DNA of 64,000 nt from Mobula hypostoma. Lineage: Eukaryota. The stretch spans positions 52,640,001 through 52,704,000 of the forward strand of contig NC_086097.1 of NCBI RefSeq assembly GCF_963921235.1, written 5' to 3'. This document shows positions 37,647-52,029 of this stretch, piece by piece. How positions within the stretch are numbered: position 1 is the stretch's first letter; each line of letters begins with the position of its first letter. A program made the position numbers and the translations under genes. The notes under the pieces are model-generated. The model was not told where the DNA came from and made no database searches. It worked only from the letters and a program-made list of their open reading frames with translations.

Positions 37647-40600
37647 TTAAATTACAGTTTGTTTGATAATAATATGGACTGCCCTACCAAGGAACCAAAT
37701 TTTGTTTAGTATTTTTGAGGGGAATAGATTGTTGGCTATCAGTTGCTCTCTGTAGCTATGTAGAAATATATGAATTATCAGAAGCCTGCCTTTCACTCAA
37801 ACCATGACCCTATTGTTCCTCTCAGGTGGATATAGGGCGACACCAGAAGGCAAGTCAGTATTTCCTGCGACCTGTCTTATATTTTTAAAGCAATAAAATA
37901 AGACAGATAATCTCTTATTATTTTGTTCCCTTTTTGTGTGTTACACAAAAGCTGGCAGCCTCATTTCCAGTACTACTATAGTTAATACACTTCAAGAAAC
38001 CTCACTGGTGATAAAACTTTATTTGAATGTTCTGAGATTTATCAAAAACACTATCTAAATGCAGGCCTTCTTTTATTAGATGATCCTCTGGATTTTAAAT
38101 TGCGCTAAACCTTGAGATATCATTTCCTGTTGGAATTTTACAAAATTGTACTCACAGGCACATTTTTCCATAGCTGTTTAAACTAGAATGTTAGGAAACA
38201 CTTTATGTACTTTTATGGCAAAGAATTATTTTCTGCACCTCAAGTTGTCACTTCAGCTAATACAAAGAAAGTTCTACAGTCCAAGTCCTTCGGTGACAGT
38301 AGTGCTATAACTGGAGGGACAGTGTCACAACTCCAGTGAGCTGGATTCAAGCATGACATCCAGTGTCCTCTGTGGAGTTCTCCCTGTCATGGTGCAGGTT
38401 TTTTCCAGATGTTCCATTTCCTCCCATGTCCCAGAAATGTGGCAATCAGTATGTTAATTAGTTACTATGAATTGCCTTAACGTGTAAGTGAGTAACAAAA
38501 GCTAGGGAGAGTTGATTGAAATGTGGGTAGAATAAAATGGGTAGTTGATGGTCAGCTTATACTTGGTGGGCCAAAGACTCACTTCTGTGCTTTATCTCTA
38601 TGGCCCCAGCTCAATCATCACCAAGCCTGGATATGGTCAAGACCCAAGTGCTCTTATCAGTTCCCAATAGTTTGTTGTTGATTACAAAGTCTTCAAAACT
38701 TGTAAAGAATTCCTCCACTGACAGAGTCTTGCATGATTTTTGATCTTACTGGATCTGTTCTGTTATTGCAGAATTATTTGCGATGCCTTTGACTTCTACT
38801 TCCCCATCTAAGAAGCCGATCATTTAGCAACATTGTCCCTGACTTCTGGAATTTTTTTGTACTTAACTTCCAACTTGCATCAGTACCAAAAAGAACCTGT
38901 TAAAAAACACTCTTACGCATCTTAGATTTTCCTCAGTCATGGCTTTTCCGCTCAGTGCTGGTGTCTACAGGTTTTTGGTCTTTGAGGAATGAAGAGCAGG
39001 AAGCAAGTTTTGTTATTGACAGATAGATGTGTTTCCCAAAATAGAAAACAAAATTGAATTTGTTACTTTATTAGATCTCATAGAAAATTTTCATGTTATT
39101 TCATCTGTATTCAATAGATCTTTAAACCACTTGATAAATTCATTTCCAAGCAATGTTATGTTGAAAAGCTGAGATCACAGTATATGTATATGATCATAAC
39201 CTGTTATTCATTATTTTGATTTCATAATTCTTGTTAAATAGTTTATAGTATCTTAATAAATATATTCTTTTGTAACTGAGCACTTATAATTCAAGTTTTA
39301 AACAAAGTTTTAATCTTGGCTTTTATACATTTTATTGTAACCCTGCAAATATCTAGTTTTTCTTTTATATTTTGCACAGTGTGCACTGGTTCATTTTGGT
39401 TGGAGTAATATGTACAAATACTCAAGTTAAATCCTATCCTATATTTCCTATACTTGATAAATAATATGAAATAAATATTCTATACATTTTAAATTAATGG
39501 CACACATGAACCAACTTCTGCCAGCCTTACCAAATGATGTATTTAAGTTTGAAGCACAAAGTGATAGTAATTTTGATTCATTATTAATTGATGAAAGTTT
39601 ATCTGATTGTACAGAATGTATAATGTATTATGAATTAGGGACCGAATGAACAGTTTGTAATGATCATTTCCAGTATTTGAAATAAAACTGGTAAATGCCA
39701 TCAGATCACTTAAGTTCTGTTTTAAAAGGACTTCTACTCAAGGTACATCTGTGTTTAATGTAAATTCCTTCTCTTGTCCTGTAGTTAAAATTTCTCTCAA
39801 TTCTTGATCAATAATTGATGTACAGTACATAGTGTATTTTTAAATGAAAAACTGTTACTGTTAAGTTGTACAAAAGTTTAACATGTTTCCTTTCGAAACT
39901 GTAATTTTGCAAATATATCTTGGAACTTCGTCTGCGATATAACAAGGTACAAATGAAAAACCAAGGTCTTTTCAAATGATTCTGCTTAGTTTTGTAAACT
40001 AATTGTAAAACAGAAAACCTACTTTATGATTAGATATTTTCTGGAGCCAGGCTGATATCAGCCTGATGAAATTACGTATTGCATATGCATTTCATAAGTT
40101 AAATATGAACTATGCAGTAAATTATAATTACTGGAATGTATGTACTCATAACATATATTGGAGGTTCATCTGTTGTACAGACGAAGTATGAATGATATTG
40201 TTTTAACAAACAAAGTCTATTGTTCCATAGATTTATGTGGTTAAAACCACACACAGGATATTTATGTATTTCCAACATGTTATTTTTATATAATATTGCA
40301 CTTCAAACAACTTTTCTAATAAATGTACAGGACTTTGGGTTTCTTCTCTTGTCACTAACTTCTCCAGGGTACTAGAGGGATTGATCTCTGGGAATGGATT
40401 TTTTTTTTGTAAAGCAGAGATTAAGCTATCTGAATTTCTATTAGTAGAGTTTAGGAGAATGAGAGATGATCTTATTGAAGCAAAGCAAGTTCATACAGGG
40501 GCTTGACAAAGTAGGTGCATGGATTATGCTATCAGTGGTTGGCTTCCTTGAACTAGGAGCCAGAGCCACAAAATATAGAATCAGCTATTAATAGGAAAAG

Positions 40601-40804
40601 GCATTGCCTCTCCCAGAAGAACCTTTGGAATTCTTCACTCCTTAGGATTGAAGGCTTAGACACTGGAATTTTAGATGTTAGAAAATCAATATAGGAGCAG
40701 AAAGTAAGTTTTGTTTCCAACGGGTGTTTTCCTAAAACAGGTAAAAACATGACTTACATCACACAAGAAAATTCTCACTTTTATTGGCTCTCACAGACAT
40801 GATA

Positions 40805-43370
40805 TAGTATAGTCATACTTTATTGATCCCAGGGGAAATTGGTTTTCGTTCCAGTTGCACCATGAATAATAAATAGTAATAAAACCATAAATAGTTAAAT
40901 AGTAATATGTAAATTGTAAATTATGCCAGTAAATTATGAAATAAGTCTAGGACTAGCCTATTGGCTCAGGGCGTCTGATCCTCCAAGGGAGGAGTTGTGA
41001 AGTTTGATGGCCACAGGTGGGAATGACTTCCTGTGACGCTCTGTGTCGCATCTCGGTGGAATGAGTCTCTGGCTGAACGTACTCCTGTGCCCATCCAGTA
41101 CATTATGTAGTGGATGGGAGACATTGTCCAAGATGGCATGCAACTTAGACAGCATCCTCTTTTCAGACACCACCGTCAGACAGTCCAGTTCCATCCCCAC
41201 AACATCACTGGCCTTACGAATGAGTTTGTTGATTCTGTTGGTGGCTGCTACCCTCAGCCTGCTGCCCCAGCACACAACAGCAAACATGATCGCACTGGCC
41301 ACCACAGACTCTTGTAGAAAATCCTCAGCATCGTCTAGCAGATGTTAAAGGACCTCAGTCTCCTCAGGAAATAGAGACGGCTCTGACCCTTCTTGTAGAC
41401 AGCCTCAGTGTTCTTTGACCAGTCCAGTTTATTGTCAATTCATATCCCCAGGTATTTGTATTCCTCCACCACGTCCACACTGACCCCCTGGATGGAAACA
41501 GGGGTCACCGGTACCTTAGCTCTCCTCAGGTCTACCACCAGCTCCTTAGTCTTTTTCACATTAAGCTGCAGATAATTCTGCTCACACCATGTGACAAAGT
41601 TTCCCTCCGTAGCCCTGTACTCAGCCTCAACTCCCTTGCTGATGCAACCAACTATGGCAGAGTCATCCGAAAACTTCTGAAGAGGACAAGACTCTGTGCA
41701 GTAGTTGAAGTCTGAGGTGTAAATGGTGAAGAGAAAGGGAGACAAGACAGTTCCCTGTGGAGCCCCAGTGCTGCTGATCACTCTGTCGGACACACAGTGT
41801 TGCAAGCACACGTACTGTGGTTTGCCAGTCAGGTAATCAAGAATCCATGATACCAGGGAAGCATCCACCTGCATCGCTGTTAGCTTCTCCCCCAGCAGAG
41901 CAGGGCGGATGGTGTTGAACGCACTGGAGAAGTCAAAAAAACATGACCCTCACAGTGCTGGCTGGCTTGTCCAGGTGGGCGTAGACACGGTTCAGCAGGT
42001 AGAGGATGGCATCCTCAACTCCTAGTCGGGGCTGGTAGGCAAACTGGAGGGGATCTAAGTGTGGCCTGACCATAGGCCGGAGCAGCTCCAGAACAAGTCT
42101 GTCCAGGGTCTTCATGATGTGGGAGGTCAATGCCACCGGGCTGTAGTCATTGAGACCACTGGGGCACGGCGTCTTCGGCACAGGGACGAGGCAGGACATC
42201 TTTCACAGTACAGGAATCCTGCAGAGCCCCAGGCTCAGGTTGAATACATGGCGAAGTACTCCACATAGCTGAGGGGCACAGGCTTTGAGCACCCTGGTAC
42301 TGGTACCATCCGGTCCTGCAGCCTTGCTTGGGTTGAGACGTTTTAGCTGTCTTCTCACCTGTTCAGCTGTGAAGCCCACTGTGGTGGTTTCGTGCGGTGA
42401 AGGGGTATAGTCATGAGAGCAGGGTGGGGGACTGTGAGGAGGGGTAGGAGGGGAGAGTGGAATATGTGTTGGTTGGGGGCCGACAACAGATGGCTCATGT
42501 GGGGGATGGGCTGGGGTCACAACGTCAAATCTGTTAAAGAACAGGTTAAGTTCATTGGCCCTGTCCACACTGCCTTCAGCTCCTCTGTTACTAGTTTGCC
42601 GGAACCCAGTGATGGTCCTCATCCCCCTCCAGACCTCTCTCATGTTGTTCTGCTGGAGTTTCCACTCAAGCTTTCTCCTGTACCTGTCTTTAGCCTCCCT
42701 GATCCTGGCTTTCAGGTCCCTCTGTATTGCCCTCAGCTCCTCCCTGTTTCCATCTCTAAATGCCCTCTCTTTGGCGTTCAGGATGTCCTTAATATCCTTT
42801 GTCACCCATGGCTTTTTATTTGAATAACAAAGGATAGTGCTTGTCAGAACATTGCAGTCCACACAGAAGTTGATGTAATCAGTGATGCATTCTGTGAGCC
42901 CATCAATATCCTCTCCATGTGGCTCACAGAGTGCCTGCCAGTTTGTCACCTCAAAACAACCCTGGAGCGCCTCATAAGCCTCCTCCGACCATTTCCTCAC
43001 TGTCCTCGAGGTTGCAGGTTTACTCTTCACCAGAGGCACGTAGCAGGGTTTTAGATGCATCAGGTTGTGATCTGACCTTCCCAGTGGGGGGAGGAGAGAG
43101 GAGCTGTATGCATCCTTAATGTTAGCGTACATCAAATCCAGAATCCTCTCCCCTCTGGTTGTACAGCTCACATACTGCATGAAGTTGGGCAGTGTTCTAG
43201 CCATGATAACATGGTTGAAGTCACCCAAGATGGTAATAAGGGCACTCGGGTGCTGGGTTTGTAATCTGGCTATGACAGTGTAAATGATGTTACACGCTGA
43301 CGTCGGGTTGGCAGAGGGAGGGATGTACACAAAAACCACAATTGCATGCGAGATTTCCCTTGGCAAATAT
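40805..43370 (-). mobile_element. Rex1/Babar-like LINE, 5'-truncated, fairly young
   Basis: ORF pieces 42203-43399, 41933-42199, 41440-41874 and 40958-41305 with ILGDFNH, GRSDH, KAAGPDG, GAPQGTVLSP, KFSDD, YKYLG. Confidence 0.9.
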
Positions 43371-45435
43371 AATTGAGTTGTGGAGCAAATATGAGACATT
43401 TATTGGCCTACTCCTGTTTCTACATATGTAATATTTTTATTAGACAGATGTAAGATGGGATTGGAGGAGGCCAGGATACTCTGGTCCTCATGGTACTGTG
43501 AAAGCTGATAAATTGATCTTTTCATCTTGGCCATTTTGATAGAGTAAAACATCACAAATTATCAAAGCAGTGGGAATCTCTTACGATACAATTTAAATGA
43601 TCCAAAACAGAACTAAAATGAGGAAGCTTTGTAATTTCCACAGAAACTACCTTACAGGTTTAATTGTTTATCCAAAAGAATGATGAAAATTAATTTCTCC
43701 AGCAGAAAATGCCATTGAATCCTCTCCAAAAATACTTGTTAATTTGTATTTGGAGACTAGTAAATGTAATTATTGATTTCAGACCAATAGATGTACTTTG
43801 TGTGAAATCACACACCGTCCCTATTTCTGAAATGTGCCCTGGAACTACTTTATTTGAATTTCATTTCCAGCTTTGTGTCTTAAAGCTGAATCTTAGCAAT
43901 GGAAGTACTGATCTCCCAATATGCTTGTCTCAAACTTGTCTGGATAAACTTCTATTTGTTATTGCCTCACCCAAGTTTTCAGCTGATCTATAATCCTGTT
44001 GTATCTTTTTAACAACCTTTCTCACATCTACAATTTCACCATGTTGCCTGCAAATTTGCTAATCAATCTGCATAAATTTTCATCCAGAGCATTTGTGCAC
44101 GTTTACCTCAAACAACAGATGATGGTAAAGCACTGATTCTTGCAGAAGATCACTAGCTCAGACCCCCATTTACAGCAACACCCCTTCATTATTACCCTCT
44201 TCTATGACAGTATTCAGCCCACCATGGATTCACTTTTTGTTCTTAATTGGAACAATTAGCCATTCTGATCCAGAAAGTAAATAGCAACTAAGAAAGTCAA
44301 ATTAAGTTTAACAAAACATTAGAGAACTTTATACTCTGGATTCAATGAATTCTAATTGTTAACCAACAAATGCCTTTTGAAATCTGTAGTTCACTTATTT
44401 GTTAAAAAAACAAGACATGGTCACTATTTGTGTTTGTGTAAATAGTTCCCTGACTTTAGTTCCAAGTTTATATTTTTTTTGCCTGATTTATCTACTTCTT
44501 GTTCTTCAACTTAAAGCATTGTTTCGCATGTTCCACAATGAGTTATTTCCTCCTTCAGACAGCTTAAAATCTCACTTTCTTGGTGTATTTTCAGTAACTA
44601 AATTACATTAAAGAATAATCCATTGTTCTTTTGTGCATTACATCCAAGTATTCTACCAAACTAGTAAGTGTTGGATTTTGTACAACAAAAGGAATGTATC
44701 AGCTTCATTAATCTTGGAAATCTGCAGCAGCTGTATAGTAGCAAACAGTCTAGAGAAATCAATTAATGACAGTGGTGATTCTAAAATTTCAAAATTAATT
44801 ATGTTATGTACATATTACTAACTCACCACTTATAAAATAAACAATGGTTCCTCTGCCAGAATGGGGATTTAAATAAAATATTAAGAGTAAAGCAGTTTCA
44901 ATTTGAAAATTGAAAATAGAAGTAGAACATGCTGGAGATACTAGCAAGATAGTCATCGTACTTGAAGGCAGAAACAAATTAACATTCCAGATTGATAAAC
45001 TGGAAATGAAAGTAAACATCTGAGTTTTAGTCACAAGGAGGTGTGCAGAGCAAACAAATCAAATGCTAATGATAGTTTGGAGAACATGAAAACACAAATA
45101 ATAGATAAACTATTCCGGTCATCCAAGAGAAGGTTATGAAGGGTTATTAATAGAAATTCATCTGTCTGCTGGAGGGGTAAATAGAGGGATATGTGTGAGA
45201 TCAGAAGTGAGAAATCAAACTGCCAAAACTTTGGGATGCAGGACACATCTGTTGCTACAAATCTGAAAAAGGCAATCCTGATTAAGGGTGTTGGCACGAA
45301 ACATGGACTGCTTAACATGGGCTGGTTATTCCCCTCTATAGATGCTGCCTGACCAGCTGAGTTCTTCCAACATTTTGTGTGTTGCTCTGGATTTTCAGCA
45401 AATGCAGAAATACTTGTGTGTAAAAGACACTCTTA

Positions 45436-46037
45436 GTCATAGCCATAGTCATAGTCATACGTCATTGATCCTGGGGGAAATTGGTTTTCGTTGCAGTTGC
45501 ACCACAAATAATAAATAGTAATAGAACCATAAATAGTTAAATAGTAATATGTAAATTATGCCAGTAAATTATGAAATAAGTCCAGGACCAGCCTATTGGC
45601 TCAGGGTGTCTGACCCTCCAATGGAGCAGTTGTAAAGTTTGATGGCCACAGGCGGGAATGACTTCCTATGACGCTCAGTGCTGCATCTCGGTGGGATGAG
45701 TCTCCGGCTGAATGTACTCCTGTGCCTACCCAGTACATTATGTAGTGATGGGAGACATTATCCAAGATGGCATGCAACTTCAGACACCACCGTCAGACAG
45801 TCCAGTTCCATCCCCACAACATCACTGGCCTTACGAATGAGTTTGTTGTTTCTGTTGGTGTCTGCTACCCTCAGCCTGCTGCCCCAGCACACAACAGCAA
45901 ACATGATAGCACTGGCCACCACAGACTCGTAGAACATCCTCAGCATCGTCCGGCAGATGTTAAAGGACCTCAGTCTCCTCAGGAAATAGAGACAGCTCTG
46001 ACCCTTCTTGTAGACAGCCTCAGTGTTCTTTGACCAG
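45436..46037 (-). mobile_element. 3' fragment of the same Rex1/Babar-like LINE family
   Basis: High similarity to 40805-41422. Confidence 0.85.
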
Positions 46038-46649
46038 TGTTCTTGATACCATCTGTGGAGTAAAGAACTGTGGGTTTATGATGTTACATCGGAACTGATC
46101 AGTTTTAACATAATCAGGAAAGGCTGATTTTCTCAATTCAATTGATTAATTATTAAGTCCTGAGGATCAAGGTGTCTAGACAAAAGATGTGATGCTATTC
46201 TTCAACCTCACGTTGGGCTTCATTGGAAAACAGTGCAGGAGGCCAAACATTGAGAAATCAGAGTTGAATTGGGATATAAAATTAAAGTGATAGGTAACTG
46301 GAAACTCAGGGTTATCTTCATGAATTGAACAGAGGTGATCTTCAAAGTCCTCAGCCTTTCTGAGTTTTTTCTCCAATGTAGAGGAGACACATCTTGTGTA
46401 CAAAGTGCAATGCGCTAAATTCAAAGAAGTGCTTCACCTGAATCTCGGACAGTGAAAAGATAAAAGAGCAGATTTGTATTCCCTGGAGTTGTCTGGGGAA
46501 AGTGTGCAGTCATGGGAAATGGAGATGGGAGAACTGGGTGTTGCATTAGGAATGGCTGCTTTATATTACCACAAGGGTTGGGGAGTAGATACCTTCTCAG
46601 TGAAGGTGGGAGAACCACTAAGAATAACCTGTTGCATATGGAGGCTGGA

Positions 46650-48805
46650 AAAGTAAGGGAACCCTTGGGAGGGAGTAATCATGATATGATCGAATTCACC
46701 CTGCAGCTTAAGAAGAAGAAGCTAAAAATTGATGTATCATTAGTACAGTGGAGTAAAGGAAATTACAGAGGCACGAGAGAGGAGCTGGCCAAAGTTGATT
46801 GGAAAGGGACACTAGCAGGGATGAAGGCAGCACACATAAAATTTCCAGCATCTGCAGATTTACTCTTGTTTGTGGTGGGATGAAGGCAGAACAGCAGTGG
46901 CTGGTGTTTCTGGGGGAAATTTGGAAGGCGCTGGAAAGATACATTCCAAAGATGAATAAGTATTCTAAAGGGAGGATGAGGCAACCATGGCTGACAAGGG
47001 AAGTCAAAGATAGCAAAAAGCAAACTGTAGAGCACATAATATAGTAAAAGTTCATGGGAAATTAAAAGATTGGAAAGCTTTTAAAACCGTCAGAAGGCAA
47101 CTAAAAAATACCATAAGGATATAAAAGATGAAAATACGAAGGTAAGCTAGCCAAAAATATCAAAGAGGATACCAAAAGTTTTTCAGATATATTAAAAGTA
47201 AAAAGAGGTGAGAGTGGATATTCGACCACCGGAAAATTACGCTGGAGAGGTAGTAATGGGGCAAATAAATGGTGGGAAAACTTCTTAAGTATTTTACATC
47301 AGTATTCACTGTAGAAGACTCTAGCAGTATGCCAGAAATTGGAGAGTGTCGGGGAGCAGAAGTGAGTGTAGCTGCTATTACTAAGGAGAAGGTGTTTGGA
47401 AAGCAGAAGGGTCTGAGGTAGGTAAGTCACCTGGCACCAGGGTTCTGAAAGAGGTATGCAGTTGAAGAGATTGTGGAGGCATTAGTAATGATCTTTGAAT
47501 ATTACTATATTCTGGAATGGTTCTAGAGGACTGGAAAATTGCAAATGTAACTCCACTCTTTAAGAAGGGAGGGAGGCCAAAGAAAGGAAATTATAGATCA
47601 GTTAGCTTGACTTCAAGTGGTTGGGGTCAACATGGTTTCCATAAAGAGAAATCTTGCCAGACAAATCTTTTGGAATTCTTTGAGGAAATAACAGGCAGGA
47701 TAGCCAAAGGAAGAGTCAATGGATGTTGTTTATTTGAATTTTCAGAAGGCCTTCGAAAAGGTACCACACATGAGGATACTTAACAAGATAACAGCCCATG
47801 ATATTACAGGAAATATACTAGCATGGATAGAAGACTGGCTGAAGGGCATGAGGCAAAGAGTCAGAATAAAGGGGCTATATTCTGTTTGGCTGCCAGTAGT
47901 GTGGTGTTCCACAGGTCAGTACTGGGACCACTTCTTTTCAATGATTTGGATGATGGAATCGATGGCTTTGTGGCCAAGTTTGCAGATGATACAAATACTG
48001 GTGACGAGGCAGGCAATGTTATGGAAGCAGGGAGTATGTAGAAAGACTTGGACAGATTGTTAGAATAGGCACAGAAGTGACAGATGGAATATAGTGTAAG
48101 GTCATGTATTTTGTAGAAGGAATAAAGGCACAGGCTGTTTCCTAAACAGGGAGAAAATTTAAAATTCAGAAGTGCAAAGGGACCTGGGAGTCCATGTCCA
48201 AGACTCCTTGCAGGTTAACTTGCAGGTTGAGTGGCTGGTAAGGGCAAATGCAATGTTAACATTCATTTTGTGAAGGCTAGAATGTAAGAGTAAGGATGTA
48301 ATGCTGAGGTTTTATAAGGCATTGGACAGACCATACTTGGAGTATTGTGAGCAACTTTGGGCCCTTTATCTAGGAAAAGACATGCTGGCATTGGAAATGC
48401 TGGAGCTTAGAAGAATGAGGGAAGATCTCATTGAAACCTATCAAATATTGCAAGGCCTAGACAGAGTGGATGTGGAGAGGTTGTTTCCTATAGTGGATGA
48501 GTCTAGGACCTGAGGGCACAGCCTCAGACTAGAGCGATGTCCATTTAGAACAGAGATGAAGAATTTCTTTAGCTAGAGAGTGGTGAATCTGTGGAATTTA
48601 TTGCTACAGATAGCTGTGCAGGCCAAATCGTTGAGTATATTTAAAGCAGAGTTTGATAGCTTCTTGTCTAGTCAGGACTTCAAAGGCTATGGGGAGAAAG
48701 CATGCTAATGGGAGTTAGATAATAAATCAGCCATGAAGAAATGGCAGAGCAGACTCGATATACCAAGTGGCCCAACTCTGCTCCTATATCATAATGGGCT
48801 TATGG
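46650..48805 (+). mobile_element. Degraded CR1 LINE
   Basis: [33 protein letters not shown] fragments. Confidence 0.85.
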
Positions 48806-49780
48806 TGGGGCAAAAGGTGTGGAGATCCCTGTCCTTGAGCCAAGTGGCAGAGAAGAGCAGGAATTGGAACATTAAAGAGCCTCGTCAGTAGAAAACATTC
48901 AGAAGTACTGGTGTTAAAAAGCCTCACTTTCAGAATGGATATAAGAGAGGAAGGGTTGGAGAAAGCACCTCTATGTGAGTCTGTTGTATTCCATTGTTTA
49001 TTAATCCATTCCATGAGATGAAGATGAGACAAGTTGTGTGTGGACTGTGAAAGTGAGACCTTGTGGAAAGATAATGGAACATAAGGTTCTGTATAAATGC
49101 AGAAAGCAGTATTAATATGGTCATCAATGAAATGGAAAGAGAGTCGAGGGAGGGCTTGTTTAAGAATGAAACAAGAACCTTCTCTTGGGCCTATTACATT
49201 ACAGATAGGACTGACATAGTTTCGTCATTGTACAGCAAGGAATTGTTCGTCCATGAAGATGAACAATTGCCTTAGCAACCTCATAACATGCACTGCCATT
49301 AGGCAAACACTCATTAAGAAGAATGCAAATTTACTAAACATGAACACATTTATAAAAAAGAGTAATGCTTCGAAGAGATTCTCTGCTATCAATTGTTGGA
49401 TGTGGCATATCTTCTTCCATTCATCTATTTGGATCAGTTCTTGCTCTCTATGGCATGGATTATGATAACAGAAAAATATATGTATGAAATATTGTAAGCA
49501 ATAATTGTGGGAACAAGAAATTGTTGCCTATTCCTGCTGAGATTTGTTGTAACAGATGATGGAAGCACATGATGGAAGGAAATAGATGCTTTTTTTTGGT
49601 TTAACCACTTAGTTGTTTTCGACAGCAGACCAAAATTTTGTCCAATATGCTGATAATTCAGTAGGTCCGATGGCAGTGTGGATCTAATGTAACAAAATCT
49701 ATTTTCTGTGGGATATGTAACTTATCATTCACATTAAATGAGTGGGTCAGTTAATTTTTAAAATCAAGACAATTTCTTCT

Positions 49781-51917
49781 CAGCGTGGCAAGCATTTAAA
49801 GATCGCATGGATGAACTACAACAATTGTTCATCCCAGTTTGGCAAAAGAATAAACCGGGGAAGGTAGTGCACCCGTGGCTGACAAGGGAAATTAGGGATC
49901 GTATCAATTCCAAAGAAGAAACATACAAATTAGCCAGAAAAAAAGCGGCACACCTGAGGACTGGGAGAAATTCAGAATCCAGCAGAGGAGGACAAAGGGT
50001 TCAATTAGGAAAGGGAAAAGAGATTATGAGAGAAAGCTGGCAGGGAACATAAAAAACTGACTGTAAAAGCTTTTATAGATATGTGAAAAGAAAAAGATTG
50101 GTTAAGACAAATGTAGGTCCCTTACAGTCAGAAACAGGTGAATTGATCATGGGGAACAAGGACATGGCAGACCAATTGAATAACTACTTTGTTTCTGTCT
50201 TCACTAAGGAGGAGATAAATAATCTTCCGGAAATAGTAGGGGACCGTGGGTCTAGTGAGATGGAGGAACTGAGGGAAATACATGTTAGTAGGGAAATGGT
50301 GTTAGGTAAATTGAAGGGATTGAAGGCAGATAAATCCCCAGGACCGGATGGTCTGCATCCCAGAGTGCTTAAGGAAGTAGCCCAAGAAATAGTGGACGCA
50401 TTAGTGATAATTTTTCAAAACTCTTGAGATTCTGGACTAGTTCCTGAGGATTGGAGGGTGGCTAATGTAACTCCGCTTTTTAAAAAAGGAGGGAGAGAGA
50501 AACCAGAGAATGATAGACTGGTAAGCCTGACATGGGTGGTGGGGAAAATGCTAGAGTCAGTTATCAAAGATGTGATAACAGCACATTTAGAAAGTGGTGA
50601 AATCATCAGACAAAGTCAGCATGGATTTGTGAAAGGAAAATCACGTCTGACGAATCTCATAGAATTTTTTGAGGATGTAACTAGTAGAGTGGATAGGGGA
50701 GAACCAGTGGATGTGGTATATTTGGATTTTCAAAAGGCTTTTGACAAGGTCCCACACAGGAGATTAGTGTGCAAACTTAAAGCACACGGTATTGGGGGTA
50801 TGGTATTGATGTGGATAGAGAATTGGTTGGCAGACAGGAAGCAAAGAGTGGCAATAAACGGGACCTTTTCAGAATGGCAGGCAGTGACTAGTGGGGTACT
50901 GCAAGGCTCAGTGCTGGGACCCCAGTTGTTTACAATATATATTAATGACTTAGACGAGGGATTAAATGCAGCATCTCCAAGTTTGCGGATGACACGAAGC
51001 TAGGCGGCAGTGTTAGCTGTGAGGAGGATGCTAAGAGGATGCAGGGTGACTTGGATAGGTTAGGTGAGTGGGCAAATTCATGGCAGAGGCAATTTAATGT
51101 GGATAAATGTGAGGTTATCCACTTTGGTGGCAAGAACAGGAAAACAGATTATTATCTGAATGGTGGCCGATTAGGAAAAGGGGAGGTGCAACGAGACCTG
51201 GGTGTCATTGTACACCACTCATTGAAAGTGGGCATGCAGGTACAGCAGGCGGTGAAAAAGGCAAATGGTATGCTGGCATTCATAGCAAGAGGATTTGAGT
51301 ACAGGAGCAGGGAGGTACTACTGCAGTTGTACAAGGCCTTGGTGAGACCACACCTGGAGTATTGTGTGCAGTTTTGGTCCCCTAATCTGAGGAAAGACAT
51401 TCTTGCCATAGAGGGGGTACAAAGAAGGTTCACCAGATTGATTCCTGGGATGGCAGGACTTTCACATGATGAAAGACTGGATCGACTAGGCTTATACTCT
51501 CTGGAATTTAGAAGATTGAGGGGGGGATCTGATGGAAACGTATAAAATTCTAAAGGGATTGGACAGGCTAGATGCAGGAAGATTGTCCCGATGTTGGGGA
51601 AGTCCAGAACGAGGGGTCACAGTTTGAGGATAAAGGGGAAGCCTTTTAGGACCGAGATGAGGAAAAACTACTTCACACAGAGAGTGGTGAATCTGTGAAA
51701 TTCTCTGCCTCAGGAAACAGTTGAGGCCAGTTCATTGGCTATATTTAAGAGGGAGTTAGATAAGGCTCTTGTGGCTAAAGGGATCGGGGGTATGGAGAGA
51801 AGGCAGGTATAGGGTTCTGAGTTGGATGATCAGCCATGATCGTACTGTATGGCCATGCAGGCTCGAAAGGATGAATGGCCTGCTCCTGCACCTATTTTCT
51901 ATGTTTCTATGTTTCTA
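49781..51917 (+). mobile_element. CR1 LINE, 5'-truncated, young
   Basis: [46 protein letters not shown]; (ttctatgt)n tail then (TA)n. Possible TSD ttcttct at 49774-49780 and 51936-51942. Confidence 0.9.
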
Positions 51918-52029
51918 TATATATATATATAGATATTCTTCTATGAAGACTATTTATTAGTTCATGCATTGTAAATGTAAATGTAATTCATGCAGCCTCT
52001 CCGGTGAATGATATCTGTCAAGTACGGGA

